IMG/VR virus record: IMGVR_UViG_3300040802_000030
Location: 1 to 61,385 of that record
DNA: 61,385 nt
From: a virus
Lineage: Duplodnaviria > Caudoviricetes
Reading direction: 5' to 3' (one strand)
Part shown: positions 19,703 through 30,172 of the stretch, in pieces
How the letters are laid out: each line of letters begins with the position of its first letter
Position numbering within the stretch: the stretch's first letter is position 1
Notes under the pieces: model-generated
Told to the model about the DNA's origin: nothing
Seen by the model: the letters and a program-made list of their open reading frames with translations, nothing else
The model's database searches: none
Position numbers and translations under genes: made by a program

Positions 19703-20824
19703 GTGATAAAAATGTCTTTTCAGTTTCAATTAGTTGTAACAGAGAAATGTAATCTAAATTGCTCATATTGTTATATGAAAAAAAATTCAATCAATATGAG
19801 TAATGAAACATTTGATAAACATTATAAAGCATTGCCAATATTAATGAGTAAATATAATCAATCTGATTATGTAACATCATTTTTTGGTGGTGAACCATTA
19901 TTAAATTTTGAATTAATAAAATACGCAGTTAATATATTAAAAAATGACCCAAAATGTAAGGGAATGACAGTTGTTACAAATGGTCTTCCTCTTGGTCCTG
20001 ATAAGAAGAACTTTTTAAATGAAAATGGTGTTAATATATCAATATCATTTGATGGGTTATGGAATGATGTAAATCGTAAACTTATAAATGGTGGAGATTC
20101 TGTAAAATATTACATAAACAATAAAAACTTTTTAAGATTAAAAAGTTGTAAGGTAATGGTAGGTCCGAAAAGAGGAACTGTATCTATGGTTGATAACTAT
20201 AGATGGTTCATGAATGAGTTTGATATATTAAGTCCTGATTATACTTTAGTAAGGGACGATATATGGTCTGATGAAGATGTTGAGTTGTTTTCTAAAGAAT
20301 TAACTGAATTAACTGATGAAAATATTAAAGTTCTATTATCCGGTAAAGAATCTATAATCGGATGGTATGAACTTTATTTTTTGGATACATACATATATAA
20401 AAAGTATGGAAAGAGAAAATTTGGTTGTTTTGCTGGAAATCACGGTTTATCATTTATGCCAGATGGTTTTGTATATCCTTGTGCGAGATTTGGTAGTAAA
20501 AAGGAATATTTAGTATATGACTCAATTTTAAATCATTTTTATGAACCAGATAGATTGGAAATTATAAGTGATAAGATATCCAATCCTCAAGAATATAAAG
20601 AGTGCAAAGAGTGTTCATTATATAACATTTGTAATGCTGGTTGTTTATATTCCCAATTGGATTATAGTAAAAAAGTTGATGGTGAAATAAGATGTAGACC
20701 AATACCAAATGTATGTAAATTATTGAAATTATTATATTCAGAAACATTAAGATTGGTCAATACTGTTGGTGAAACAAAAGCATTTAAAAAAGTTGTTGAA
20801 AAATCTATAAAAAGGATAGGATAA
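19703..20824 (+). CDS. Radical SAM/SPASM-domain enzyme
   Basis: CNLNCSYC, FGGEP, SFDG; SPASM cysteines CFAG..YPC..CKEC..CNAGC..C. Confidence 0.9.
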   Translation: MIKMSFQFQLVVTEKCNLNCSYCYMKKNSINMSNETFDKHYKALPILMSKYNQSDYVTSFFGGEPLLNFELIKYAVNILKNDPKCKGMTVVTNGLPLGPDKKNFLNENGVNISISFDGLWNDVNRKLINGGDSVKYYINNKNFLRLKSCKVMVGPKRGTVSMVDNYRWFMNEFDILSPDYTLVRDDIWSDEDVELFSKELTELTDENIKVLLSGKESIIGWYELYFLDTYIYKKYGKRKFGCFAGNHGLSFMPDGFVYPCARFGSKKEYLVYDSILNHFYEPDRLEIISDKISNPQEYKECKECSLYNICNAGCLYSQLDYSKKVDGEIRCRPIPNVCKLLKLLYSETLRLVNTVGETKAFKKVVEKSIKRIG

Positions 20825-20826
20825 AA

Positions 20827-21207
20827 ATGGATAGAGAAACAAAAGTGTTCTTATGTGTGAAAAGTTTATTTAATATATCAAATGACTTAAAAGATGATTT
20901 TGAGGATTATTCAAATATATTATTATTTATTGCAGATAATATAGCAAGAAAAATGGAAAAAGAAATGGAAAATACAAAACCATCAATTCATAAAGATGGT
21001 AATATACATAATTTAGGTGAGGGTGTGAAATCTCTTAATGAATATATGGATAACACACCAAAAATGGAAAAAGAAAAAAGTTTAGATTTTCCAATTCAAA
21101 CACCAGAAGAAAGAATGATTGAAGAACAAGTTGATAATACTATAAAAGAAGTAAGAAAAGAATTAAGTAATTCAATAAAAGAAGAAACGAGTAATGTCGG
21201 ATGCTGA
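20827..21207 (+). CDS. Hypothetical protein
   Basis: Tightly packed ORF between two radical SAM genes. Confidence 0.6.
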   Translation: MDRETKVFLCVKSLFNISNDLKDDFEDYSNILLFIADNIARKMEKEMENTKPSIHKDGNIHNLGEGVKSLNEYMDNTPKMEKEKSLDFPIQTPEERMIEEQVDNTIKEVRKELSNSIKEETSNVGC

Positions 21208-22379
21208 AAAGAAAAGTAAGATATTTTCATATTGATTTGAATACAACAAGATCATGTAATATGGCTTGTAAATATTGTTTCGAACCAAAAGAATTAATAC
21301 CTATAGGTAATAAACTTGACTTTGATTTTACTAAATCTTTTGTATATTGGGTAATGGATTTTGTTAAATCATCATTTTTTATTGATAATTATGATATTTT
21401 AAGTATTGATTTTTGGGGTGGTGAACCAACATTATGTTCATATGAAATTAAATCAATTATTGATTACTTCGAGAATTATGAGAATATAAAATTTTATATT
21501 TACAGCAATGGATATGATATATCAGATATTAAAGAGACTTTAATAAAATATAGAAATAAAGTGGTATTAGATAACTCACCTAAATTATTATTACAAGTTT
21601 CATATGATGGTGAAAAATTACAAGATAAGTATAGAGTCAATAAAAAAGGTGAGGGTACAAGCAAAAGAGTAAAATCAAATATAGAGTGGTTAAATGATAA
21701 AGAAATACCATTTGTAATAAAATCGGTTATTTCACCAGTTGATTTTGACTTAATGATTGATTCGTATGATGAAATAAAAGAGTTAATTTATAACAATAAT
21801 GTAAATACTGGTTATTTTCCTACAATTGAATATTATAATTCTGAAAGATTTACGGAAGAAGAAATACAGGACCATTTGAGTAAATTAAGATATTCAATGA
21901 CTATAATAACAGCAAAAGAAATAATAAGTATTTTGGATAAAAATGAGAGATTATTTTTTACTTGGTTAAAGGGTAATATAGCATTATGTAATGCCGGTCA
22001 AAACTATATATCAATTGATTATGATGGAAATATATATTCCTGTCATGGTTGTTTTTATTCAAATAAAAAAGATCATTATTTTACTAATATGTTAAGTAAT
22101 AGTAATTCAATAGATTGGATTAAAATAATTTGTAATAAAAATAAACTAAATAATAACTATATACCTCCTAAATGTGAAGAATGTGACACATTAATTTGTC
22201 TAAGATGTAATGTTGTAAAATATGAAAACAGTAAAAAAGAAAATTATTTTGATAAATGGAGAGACTATTCAAATCAACCAACATTATGTAGATATTATAG
22301 AGAGGCAAGCAAATTTATAAAAATTTTTAGAAATAAATTGGGGAGAGATAAATTAAATGGCGTGTACAGGTCATGTTAA
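21201..22379 (+). CDS. Radical SAM/SPASM-domain enzyme
   Basis: CNMACKYC, WGGEP, SYDG; CNAG..YSCH..CEEC...CLRC..C. Confidence 0.9.
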   Translation: MLKRKVRYFHIDLNTTRSCNMACKYCFEPKELIPIGNKLDFDFTKSFVYWVMDFVKSSFFIDNYDILSIDFWGGEPTLCSYEIKSIIDYFENYENIKFYIYSNGYDISDIKETLIKYRNKVVLDNSPKLLLQVSYDGEKLQDKYRVNKKGEGTSKRVKSNIEWLNDKEIPFVIKSVISPVDFDLMIDSYDEIKELIYNNNVNTGYFPTIEYYNSERFTEEEIQDHLSKLRYSMTIITAKEIISILDKNERLFFTWLKGNIALCNAGQNYISIDYDGNIYSCHGCFYSNKKDHYFTNMLSNSNSIDWIKIICNKNKLNNNYIPPKCEECDTLICLRCNVVKYENSKKENYFDKWRDYSNQPTLCRYYREASKFIKIFRNKLGRDKLNGVYRSC

Positions 22380-22848
22380 TAGTTGTTTAACACATCCGGG
22401 ATATATAGGACCACGAACAGCAACAGTTTGGACTGATCCAACATTAAATACTAGTATAACAATAAAAGCAACTCATTTTAATCAATTAAGAACAGCAATC
22501 ATAAATGAATTAGCAGTTAGAGGTTTGGGAACTAGTGGTATGTATGGTGCGCAAAGTTCTGGTACTATTATATATTCAGTTTTATATAAAGGTTTAAGAA
22601 GTAATATGGAAAGAATTGATGCGGCTCAATGGGCCGCCTATAGTGCTGTAGAAAAAGCAAAAATGAATGATACAGCTCTAGCAATTGGTTCATTAATAGA
22701 AGATACAACAACTGCTGCATTTAGAACATACACAAACTATATGGAAAGTTTATGTGTGTGTAATTGTAATTACGCCTGTACTTGTGATTGTAATTATTGT
22801 ACTTGTAATTGTGCAAATGAATGTAGTTGTCAAACATATTATTATTAA
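22357..22848 (+). CDS. Protein with an 11-Cys C-terminal tail; candidate radical SAM substrate and virion protein
   Basis: C-terminus CVCNCNYACTCDCNYCTCNCANECSCQTYYY; strong GGGGAG Shine-Dalgarno. Confidence 0.7.
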   Translation: MACTGHVNSCLTHPGYIGPRTATVWTDPTLNTSITIKATHFNQLRTAIINELAVRGLGTSGMYGAQSSGTIIYSVLYKGLRSNMERIDAAQWAAYSAVEKAKMNDTALAIGSLIEDTTTAAFRTYTNYMESLCVCNCNYACTCDCNYCTCNCANECSCQTYYY

Positions 22849-22860
22849 AAGGAGAAAGAT

Positions 22861-23466
22861 GTGGGTAAATTAGCAAAAAGTTACTTTATCATTTTCGATA
22901 AAGGTGATATGTGGCAAGTAACAGGAACAGTAAATATTCCAGAAGGTTATGAAGTATCGGAAAACCATGATGGTGTTCTTGATATGTCTGATTTTAATGT
23001 TAGAGAGGTTTTTCTTTACGCTAAGGAAAAAATAGAAAATAATAATGTTTATATTCCAAAAAACTATCAAGGTAGATTAGTAAAAGATGATCTTATTATA
23101 GTGCCTCATGATAAATTGGAAGTAAAAAGAGCTAGAACTATAAGTAAAGGTAAAGAAATTTTGATGCAAAAGGTTTCTTTATTTGAGATATTTGCTTCAG
23201 TTGAATTTATTATACTAAATAATTATTTATTAGAAAAGGGTTATGTTATTACTGATAGTAATAGACAAGATAAATACCTTGAAATAATAGAAACAGGTGA
23301 TATAGAGTTAATAGAAAAATTAGAAAGATTTCTAAAATGTCGTGATGATATAATGATAAATTATACATTTCATTCAATATTTCGTGAATTTAGATTAAAT
23401 CTTGAAAAAGCAGAGAGTGAAGAAGAAATAGATAAAATTTGGAAAGAATTTGTTATAATATTTTAA
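22861..23466 (+). CDS. Hypothetical protein
   Basis: AAGGAG Shine-Dalgarno, GTG start, predicted helical. Confidence 0.65.
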   Translation: MGKLAKSYFIIFDKGDMWQVTGTVNIPEGYEVSENHDGVLDMSDFNVREVFLYAKEKIENNNVYIPKNYQGRLVKDDLIIVPHDKLEVKRARTISKGKEILMQKVSLFEIFASVEFIILNNYLLEKGYVITDSNRQDKYLEIIETGDIELIEKLERFLKCRDDIMINYTFHSIFREFRLNLEKAESEEEIDKIWKEFVIIF

Positions 23467-23467
23467 T

Positions 23468-24310
23468 ATGTTAAGAAAAAAATACTTGTTTATACCAAAA
23501 AAATTTGGTAAATTGAAAAGGGGTGCTTGGATGGCCTCTTTAGATTTGAAGGAAACTTTTGATGAGTTTATCGACATAAGAGAAAGTAGAAGTATAAGAA
23601 GAATTTCAGATGTAGTTAATGATTATGAAAAATTAATATTCATTACACAAGTACCTCATTTATATCACTTAAATATAAGTTTTATTGCGTTAAGAAATAT
23701 CAATCATTTGATTTATCTAAGGGGGGAGTATGTATCTCCCCTTTATAATTCTTGTAATAATGGATTTCATTATTACAGAGAACATAATCAAATAAAACAT
23801 TATATTCCATTCATACCTAACCTACCAAAATATGAAAATAAGAATTATAGAGTTGGTTTCTATTATAGACCCTGGCTAAATCCAGATTCTTGTAAATGGT
23901 TTATAGATAATTATGTAGATAATGACATACCTATAATGACTATGGGTAGTGTACCCATAAGATTACTTCAAAGAAAGAATTGGAAACATACATTCGATAG
24001 AAATGAATTTTTTAGTAACATAACAGATTATATTTACGTCAAATCAAAAAAATTTAATGACCCATTTCCTACTTCTTTATGTGAAGCTGTTCAAACGGGT
24101 AAGAATATTAAAATAATTGATATAGGATATAGACCTTTTAAAGATGGTATTAATGATATTGAAGATTGTATTAATTATGATGATAGTTTATTAAACTTTT
24201 CTAATTGGATAAAGTGGTATGGGAATATTTTGAATAATGGATTCAATAATGTAATGGATAGGAATAAATATAATAATTTTTCTAATTGGATATTAAATGA
24301 AGTAATTTAA
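23468..24310 (+). CDS. GT-B-like glycosyltransferase paralogue
   Basis: YIY...DPFPTSLCEAVQTGK, a D/E-x7-E nucleotide-sugar motif. Confidence 0.5.
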   Translation: MLRKKYLFIPKKFGKLKRGAWMASLDLKETFDEFIDIRESRSIRRISDVVNDYEKLIFITQVPHLYHLNISFIALRNINHLIYLRGEYVSPLYNSCNNGFHYYREHNQIKHYIPFIPNLPKYENKNYRVGFYYRPWLNPDSCKWFIDNYVDNDIPIMTMGSVPIRLLQRKNWKHTFDRNEFFSNITDYIYVKSKKFNDPFPTSLCEAVQTGKNIKIIDIGYRPFKDGINDIEDCINYDDSLLNFSNWIKWYGNILNNGFNNVMDRNKYNNFSNWILNEVI

Positions 24311-24352
24311 TATCTCTCCCCTATATCTCTCTTTCTCCCCAACAACTAGTTT

Positions 24353-24380
24353 ATTATAACACATTTTGGGAGAATGTAAA
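24353..24380 (-). promoter_or_regulatory. Early-type promoter in antisense orientation
   Basis: GTTTACA-N16-TATAAT on the minus strand between two plus-strand genes. Confidence 0.55.
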
Positions 24381-24388
24381 CATAAAAA

Positions 24389-25273
24389 ATGAAAAAAATT
24401 TTTATTTTATCAGACCATAGATATTTGAGTGGGTCACTAATAAATCTACTGGATTTTCAACAATATTTAAAAGATATTGAAAAATACAACGTAACATTTA
24501 TATGTGAAGATAAGCTCATAAATCATAATCTAATTAAACTAACTAATAGAAAATACACATTCGATAGACTTGATAAAATAAAAGATGTGATTATAATAAA
24601 AGGTTGTTTGATAACAGATTTTAAATCCCTATGTTCAACTTACCTTAATAATAAAAGAATATTAGCAGATAAATGTATTGTGGTTGATAACATTGAATTA
24701 ACATTTTATTTGAATAAAAGAAGTGACACACATTTATATTATGATATTGACCTATATAATTGTTTAAATTATCATAAAGTGAAAAATTTCATATTTTTAA
24801 TGCCAAAATTTAATAAAGATATTTGGGATAATATATATAGTGATGTAAAATCAGAAGTCTTTTATAAGAAGATAAATTTAAATTTATTGAATCATATGAA
24901 TATTAGTAATAACGGTAAACTATTTTTCAGGTCACATAATTTTTATCTTGATGATGATATGGTAAATTTTACTAACATATCAACAATAATAAAGAATAAA
25001 TATTCCAATTCAGTTGAGTTGAATCTGTTAAATTATAAAGATATATTCAATTATAAAGGTTATATTTACTGTAAAAAACCAGAGACATATTATTTTGAAC
25101 AATTTGGTAGACTGATATTTGAGTATATATTGTTAGGAAAAGAGATACATTGGTTTGATAATCCTTATGAATATGATGATGGTTTAAAAGAATATTTAAA
25201 TTACTATAGTGAGGATAAAAATCAAATTGAATATCTTATGAATAAAAAATATGAAGAAAAGCCATGGGAGTAA
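24389..25273 (+). CDS. GT-B-like glycosyltransferase paralogue
   Basis: SGSLINL N-terminal motif; YIY...EQFGRLIFEYILLGK. Confidence 0.5.
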   Translation: MKKIFILSDHRYLSGSLINLLDFQQYLKDIEKYNVTFICEDKLINHNLIKLTNRKYTFDRLDKIKDVIIIKGCLITDFKSLCSTYLNNKRILADKCIVVDNIELTFYLNKRSDTHLYYDIDLYNCLNYHKVKNFIFLMPKFNKDIWDNIYSDVKSEVFYKKINLNLLNHMNISNNGKLFFRSHNFYLDDDMVNFTNISTIIKNKYSNSVELNLLNYKDIFNYKGYIYCKKPETYYFEQFGRLIFEYILLGKEIHWFDNPYEYDDGLKEYLNYYSEDKNQIEYLMNKKYEEKPWE

Positions 25274-25276
25274 AAT

Positions 25277-25669
25277 ATGATATTAGAAACTGTAATTATT
25301 GAACCATTTGTTTATTATGATACAAAAGAACAAATGAAAAATGCATATTTTTCTCTTATTGGAAAAGAGAGATTAGAAGATTGGAAAAGAATTGAAAAAG
25401 AACAAATGAAAAATGATGAGTTATTAAAAAGAGTTCATCATTTCTCATTAAATGAGTTTGAAAAATATGTTGTTATATATTATTCAATGTGGAAAAATGA
25501 GAGAAGTAGAGTAAAAAATTTACAATATTTAGATCGCATTAATCAAATTATTGAAAGAGATTCATGGTATATTAATGAATATAAAGTTAAACTCATAACA
25601 AATTATAAAATGTGGATGAAAAAATACTACATAGAACATGTTATGGAAAACAATAAAAAGATAATATAA
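25277..25669 (+). CDS. Hypothetical protein
   Basis: Operonic ORF. Confidence 0.55.
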   Translation: MILETVIIEPFVYYDTKEQMKNAYFSLIGKERLEDWKRIEKEQMKNDELLKRVHHFSLNEFEKYVVIYYSMWKNERSRVKNLQYLDRINQIIERDSWYINEYKVKLITNYKMWMKKYYIEHVMENNKKII

Positions 25670-25671
25670 TG

Positions 25672-25700
25672 TTTACAATATTGTAATAATTTGGTATAAT
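25672..25700 (+). promoter_or_regulatory. T4-type early promoter
   Basis: GTTTACA-N17-TATAAT upstream of gp55. Confidence 0.8.
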
Positions 25701-25726
25701 AACATAAAAATTTCAAAGGAGTAATA

Positions 25727-26155
25727 ATGGCAAAACCTTATTATGTAAAAAATTCAGAACTCTTACCTCATATTCATGTATATAGAGAGACAGGAGTTGT
25801 ATCAGAAGAACTTGGTGGATTTATCTATAAGATAGCATACAATTATGCAAATAAAGGAAGTTTTTACGGTTATACTTGGAAAGAAGATATGGTATCAGAA
25901 GCAGTATTGACTTGTATTAAGTATATGCATAATTTTGACCCAATGGCCCAGAAAAGACCAAATCCATTCGCATATTTCACAACAGTTATTCATAATGCCT
26001 TTTTGAACTATATAAGAAAGCAGAAAAAACATAGTAAAATTAAAGACATATGTTGGAAAAATTGTTATCTACTAGATAAAGAAGAAATATATCATACAAA
26101 AGCTATTGACTATAGAGTAATGAAAAGGACAGATGATGCGGACGAGTCGTGTTAA
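25727..26155 (+). CDS. gp55: Late transcription sigma factor, T4 gp55-like
   Basis: YVxN, F.GY.WKEDM.SEA...C.KY.HNFDP..NPFAYFT...NAF..I.K.KK. Confidence 0.9.
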   Translation: MAKPYYVKNSELLPHIHVYRETGVVSEELGGFIYKIAYNYANKGSFYGYTWKEDMVSEAVLTCIKYMHNFDPMAQKRPNPFAYFTTVIHNAFLNYIRKQKKHSKIKDICWKNCYLLDKEEIYHTKAIDYRVMKRTDDADESC

Positions 26156-26942
26156 TGTTTTATATTTAACTACCAAATGTAATATGTCATGTGACTATTG
26201 TTATGAAAAAGCGAGTAGAGACAATCTACCAGAACAAATTGATGTATCAAAAGAAGATATTAATAAATTTTTAAAAGAAATATCAGAAAGAGAGAAAAAT
26301 CAAATATCCACCATCGTCTTAATGGGAGGTGAGGTATTTCTCAAACCTAATTTATTAAAATATGTATTTGATAAAATGAGTAATATGAATCATAAGTGGG
26401 GATCATCAATTACTACAAATGCAACATTATTTAATAATGGTGAGTTAATAAACGACTTATATTTTAATAAGAGTAAAAATGTAAGTTTAACTATTGAAAT
26501 AAGTTATGATTGTAGCGGTCATGATAGAAGAACATTTAGAAATGGTCGTTTCACAAAAAAAGTAGTTGAAAATTCACTTGATTTACTTGTAAAAAGTAAC
26601 ATACCCTTTAAAATTAGTTATACACTACATAAAGATAACTATAATAATTTTGTACATGATATGATTTACATATGTGAACGATGGGGTAGTCATCTTTTAA
26701 ATATAAAAGTATCACCATTTTTTAGTGAATTAAATGAATATTTTGGTGAAAATTCATTGGAGAAAATTGGTATTCTGGCCAATGCTATAGGAAAAAGATA
26801 TAAGATATATATTTGTGATTTCAATTGTAGTGTGTGTAAAAAATGTGATAGGTCAAATTTTATTGGTAATTCTTATTTATCACCTAATAAGAGTATAATA
26901 TATGAAGAAAGTGAAACACAAAAATTATTTGATAAGTGGTAA
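26133..26942 (+). CDS. Radical SAM enzyme
   Basis: CNMSCDYC, MGGE, TTN, ISYD; C-terminal CxxxCxxCxxC. Confidence 0.85.
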   Translation: MMRTSRVNVLYLTTKCNMSCDYCYEKASRDNLPEQIDVSKEDINKFLKEISEREKNQISTIVLMGGEVFLKPNLLKYVFDKMSNMNHKWGSSITTNATLFNNGELINDLYFNKSKNVSLTIEISYDCSGHDRRTFRNGRFTKKVVENSLDLLVKSNIPFKISYTLHKDNYNNFVHDMIYICERWGSHLLNIKVSPFFSELNEYFGENSLEKIGILANAIGKRYKIYICDFNCSVCKKCDRSNFIGNSYLSPNKSIIYEESETQKLFDKW

Positions 26943-28015
26943 AAATGATAAAAGTAGAAACAAAATCAAAGGTTATTGGACGTCCACAATATTCTAAAAA
27001 CATAGTAAAATCAAAACCACAATTAGTTGCTTTTGGTGATATTGATATGTTTAATAGTGGTAATGTGAAATTATTATGGACACCCACAGAGGTTTGTAAT
27101 TTTAATTGTTCTTATTGTGGTTATAAAAGAATAAAAAATCCACACCATTCAACAAATGGTGATATAAAAAGATCAATTAAATTTATGGAAAGAATACAAG
27201 ATGTAAAAATCATAAAGAAATTATTTATCATTGCTGCTGAACCAACATTGGTAAAAAATTTAGACTTGATAATAGGTACTATAAAACCTTTATTGATAAA
27301 TTGTGATATTATAACATTATATTCTAATATGAGCGCAAGTATAGACTTGTATAGAAAAATAATGGATTTGTTTATTGATGGTAGTATGATGTTTTCATTG
27401 TTTCCATCATTTCATAAAAAAGACATAGATGTAGATGTTTTTATGGGTAAATTATGGACTCTCAAAGAAGAATATAGTAATTACAGTAACATATCTCTTG
27501 ACAGTATTAGTTTTATGGTTGAAGATGAAACTTATCATGAAAGAGCAAAAGAGGTTTATGAGAAATATCCCGGTCTTAGATTTCACCTATTTCCTATAAG
27601 AGAAAAGGGTGATATAATTAAGATAGAACAACAATTTTATCAAGAACCATATAAAACAAAGAATAATATAGTAAAAATTTATAAAGATGGTAGTGAATAT
27701 TTCTATACTAAATTTTTGAATAATGAATTACCATTAGTACCTGAATTTAAAAATTTTATATGTCAATCATGGGATAATTTGTTATATCTTGATGCAAAAG
27801 GATATTTAAGATATTGTACTTTAACAAATCCTCAATGGGATATGAATATAAAAGACTTAGAAGAAACTATTCAAAAATTGAGAAATAAAAAAAGACAAGT
27901 TTGTAATGTATCTCAATGTTTTTGTGATTGGGATGTTCCAAAATATAAGATATCTGAATACAATAAGATAAAGTCATGGACAAAAAAAGACATATTACAA
28001 CTGAAAATGTTGTAA
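26936..28015 (+). CDS. Radical SAM enzyme (Twitch/SPASM-like C-terminus)
   Basis: CNFNCSYC, AAEP in place of GGEP; C...C...CNVSQCFC. Confidence 0.8.
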   Translation: MVKMIKVETKSKVIGRPQYSKNIVKSKPQLVAFGDIDMFNSGNVKLLWTPTEVCNFNCSYCGYKRIKNPHHSTNGDIKRSIKFMERIQDVKIIKKLFIIAAEPTLVKNLDLIIGTIKPLLINCDIITLYSNMSASIDLYRKIMDLFIDGSMMFSLFPSFHKKDIDVDVFMGKLWTLKEEYSNYSNISLDSISFMVEDETYHERAKEVYEKYPGLRFHLFPIREKGDIIKIEQQFYQEPYKTKNNIVKIYKDGSEYFYTKFLNNELPLVPEFKNFICQSWDNLLYLDAKGYLRYCTLTNPQWDMNIKDLEETIQKLRNKKRQVCNVSQCFCDWDVPKYKISEYNKIKSWTKKDILQLKML

Positions 28016-28800
28016 TATTTTACAATTGGTTTAATGGTATAAATGGTGCGTTGATAGATGCTTTTGAATATTATATATCAATATTAGAAAAAGTACCTGT
28101 TAAATTTCTATTGATAAATCGTATAGATAGAAAACTTGATAATATATTACACATGTTTGAAAATAGATATGATTTAGATGATCTGAAATGGAAAGAAAAT
28201 ATAATAACAACAACACTTCCTAAACTCATTCATCTTAATTTTAAGAACTCTTTAGTTGTTGACTACTCAACCATCAACAAGACAAAGGGTCTTTTAAGGT
28301 CAGAAAAGATAATTGTAATATCTGACTTTCATACAGATAAAAAAGAGTTTATGTATGATAAAGAAAAACAGAATGTTATATACTATGGTGAAATGCCATT
28401 TGTTTATAATGATGTTCCATATAGAATGAAATTTTTATTTGATAGATTCAAAGAGTTGAGATATGTGAAAGATAGAATATATATCAATAGTCCATTCAAT
28501 AAAGATATTAGTTTTGTAAATAAATTGAATCTGGATAAAGAAGTTATATTTAAGTCAACATCACATTTAGATAATTTATTTGAACAGTTTAATACCTATA
28601 TATACTATCACGCAAATAAATGGTTTGACCCACATCCAAGACTGTTTCACGAATGTTATTTTTATGGTAAGAACATTCAATATATCAATGATTACGGTGT
28701 GTTAGATGGTGGTTATTATAGATATGTTGATTTGAAAAAAACGGGTTTAAATAATAGATATTTGAATGAAAATGATGAAATAGTGAAAGAGTTTCTATGA
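27976..28800 (+). CDS. GT-B-like glycosyltransferase paralogue
   Basis: NGALIDAFEY; YIY...DPHPRLFHECYFYGK. Confidence 0.5.
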   Translation: MDKKRHITTENVVIFYNWFNGINGALIDAFEYYISILEKVPVKFLLINRIDRKLDNILHMFENRYDLDDLKWKENIITTTLPKLIHLNFKNSLVVDYSTINKTKGLLRSEKIIVISDFHTDKKEFMYDKEKQNVIYYGEMPFVYNDVPYRMKFLFDRFKELRYVKDRIYINSPFNKDISFVNKLNLDKEVIFKSTSHLDNLFEQFNTYIYYHANKWFDPHPRLFHECYFYGKNIQYINDYGVLDGGYYRYVDLKKTGLNNRYLNENDEIVKEFL

Positions 28801-29357
28801 AAAAAATATTAATGATACATGATGTTAATGAAGATATACTAAAACTACCGCTGGACCAATACATCTTAACTTTTGATGATGGTTTATATAGTCAATTTTA
28901 TTATTGGCCTCTTATAAGGGAGATTAATACAGAGAAAATCTTTTTTATAACTTGTTCATATGTATCTGATTATAGTATGGAAAGACCTGTTTTTAATGGT
29001 AAATATTATAGATTTATGGATTGTATCAATGCTAGACAAGATTTTGAAAAGTCTGGTGATAGGTCACAATATATGTCTTTATGTGAGATATATAAGATAT
29101 ACTCAGAGGGTGGAATCATAGGTGGTCATAGTTATTTTCATAAGAAATATGAAAAGGGTATCATATTGGATTTATTAGAATTTAAGTATGATACCGAAAG
29201 AATGATAAAATGGTTTGATGAGTTATTAAAGATAAAACCCACTCATTATTGCTTCCCATTTAATAAAGAGAAATTATTAATGAGAGAAATATTAAGAAGA
29301 TATGGTTTCACCAATTTCTATGGCAATGAAAGAGTACCAGTGGAGGCTCTATTATGA
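28797..29357 (+). CDS. Polysaccharide deacetylase (NodB/CE4 family)
   Basis: LTFDDG, GHSYFH, FPF motifs. Confidence 0.8.
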   Translation: MKKILMIHDVNEDILKLPLDQYILTFDDGLYSQFYYWPLIREINTEKIFFITCSYVSDYSMERPVFNGKYYRFMDCINARQDFEKSGDRSQYMSLCEIYKIYSEGGIIGGHSYFHKKYEKGIILDLLEFKYDTERMIKWFDELLKIKPTHYCFPFNKEKLLMREILRRYGFTNFYGNERVPVEALL

Positions 29358-30172
29358 ATTATCTAACATTATTTTTAACTGAACAATGCAATAGAAAATG
29401 TGAATATTGTGACATAAGTAAAATTGAAAACAAGAAAAAACCTAATAAACCTACCGTCAGAAAATTCATACCACTAATAAAAAAATCTTCTTGGTCAAAT
29501 ATAGTATTAACGGGTGGGGAGGTTTCTTTAATTGACCCATTACTATTAGATTTCATAATGACTGAGTTAAAAGATAAGATACTCAAAATCAACACAAATG
29601 GTTTGTGGTTTAAATTTGGTCATTTCAAAAAATATTATGAAATAACCGACTACATTCAATATCATCCCATATCTGAAATAAATGAACATTTTGAACCTAT
29701 AATTGATAAAAAAATAACTTATTACTTTCCAATACACAAGAAGAATATTGATTATCTTGATGATTTTTTGAATAGAAATAGAAATTTAGTAATAAGATTA
29801 GCACCTTATGATATGAAATATTTGAATAATAAGTATTTGTTAAGTGTTGGTGATTTTACTGAAATAAGTAGAATCATAGGAAAATATGGTAACATAACAA
29901 CCGATACAAAGAAAATGTTTGATTTTCTTTCAAGAAATAATGATTTAACTTTGTTAAAGAAAATGTGTTTCTATCCATCAATAGATTTTGTTAATTGTAG
30001 GATTAACAAATGTATAAAAAGTCATTCACTATCTACTTGGATACCACTAACTGAAGAAAATTTTAACAATATGGAACAGTTAAAATATATTAAAGATAGT
30101 ATGTGTGATTATTGTCATATGTTTGTAAGAGATTTTGAAACAATAATAAGGAAATTAGTATGTTCGGATTAG
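29354..30172 (+). CDS. Radical SAM enzyme
   Basis: CNRKCEYC, LTGGE, NTNG; C-terminal cysteines. Confidence 0.85.
   Translation: MNYLTLFLTEQCNRKCEYCDISKIENKKKPNKPTVRKFIPLIKKSSWSNIVLTGGEVSLIDPLLLDFIMTELKDKILKINTNGLWFKFGHFKKYYEITDYIQYHPISEINEHFEPIIDKKITYYFPIHKKNIDYLDDFLNRNRNLVIRLAPYDMKYLNNKYLLSVGDFTEISRIIGKYGNITTDTKKMFDFLSRNNDLTLLKKMCFYPSIDFVNCRINKCIKSHSLSTWIPLTEENFNNMEQLKYIKDSMCDYCHMFVRDFETIIRKLVCSD

Noticed and set aside
23719-23744. GGGGAG/CTCCCC hairpin
   Set aside because: A short stem inside a coding region that may be chance.
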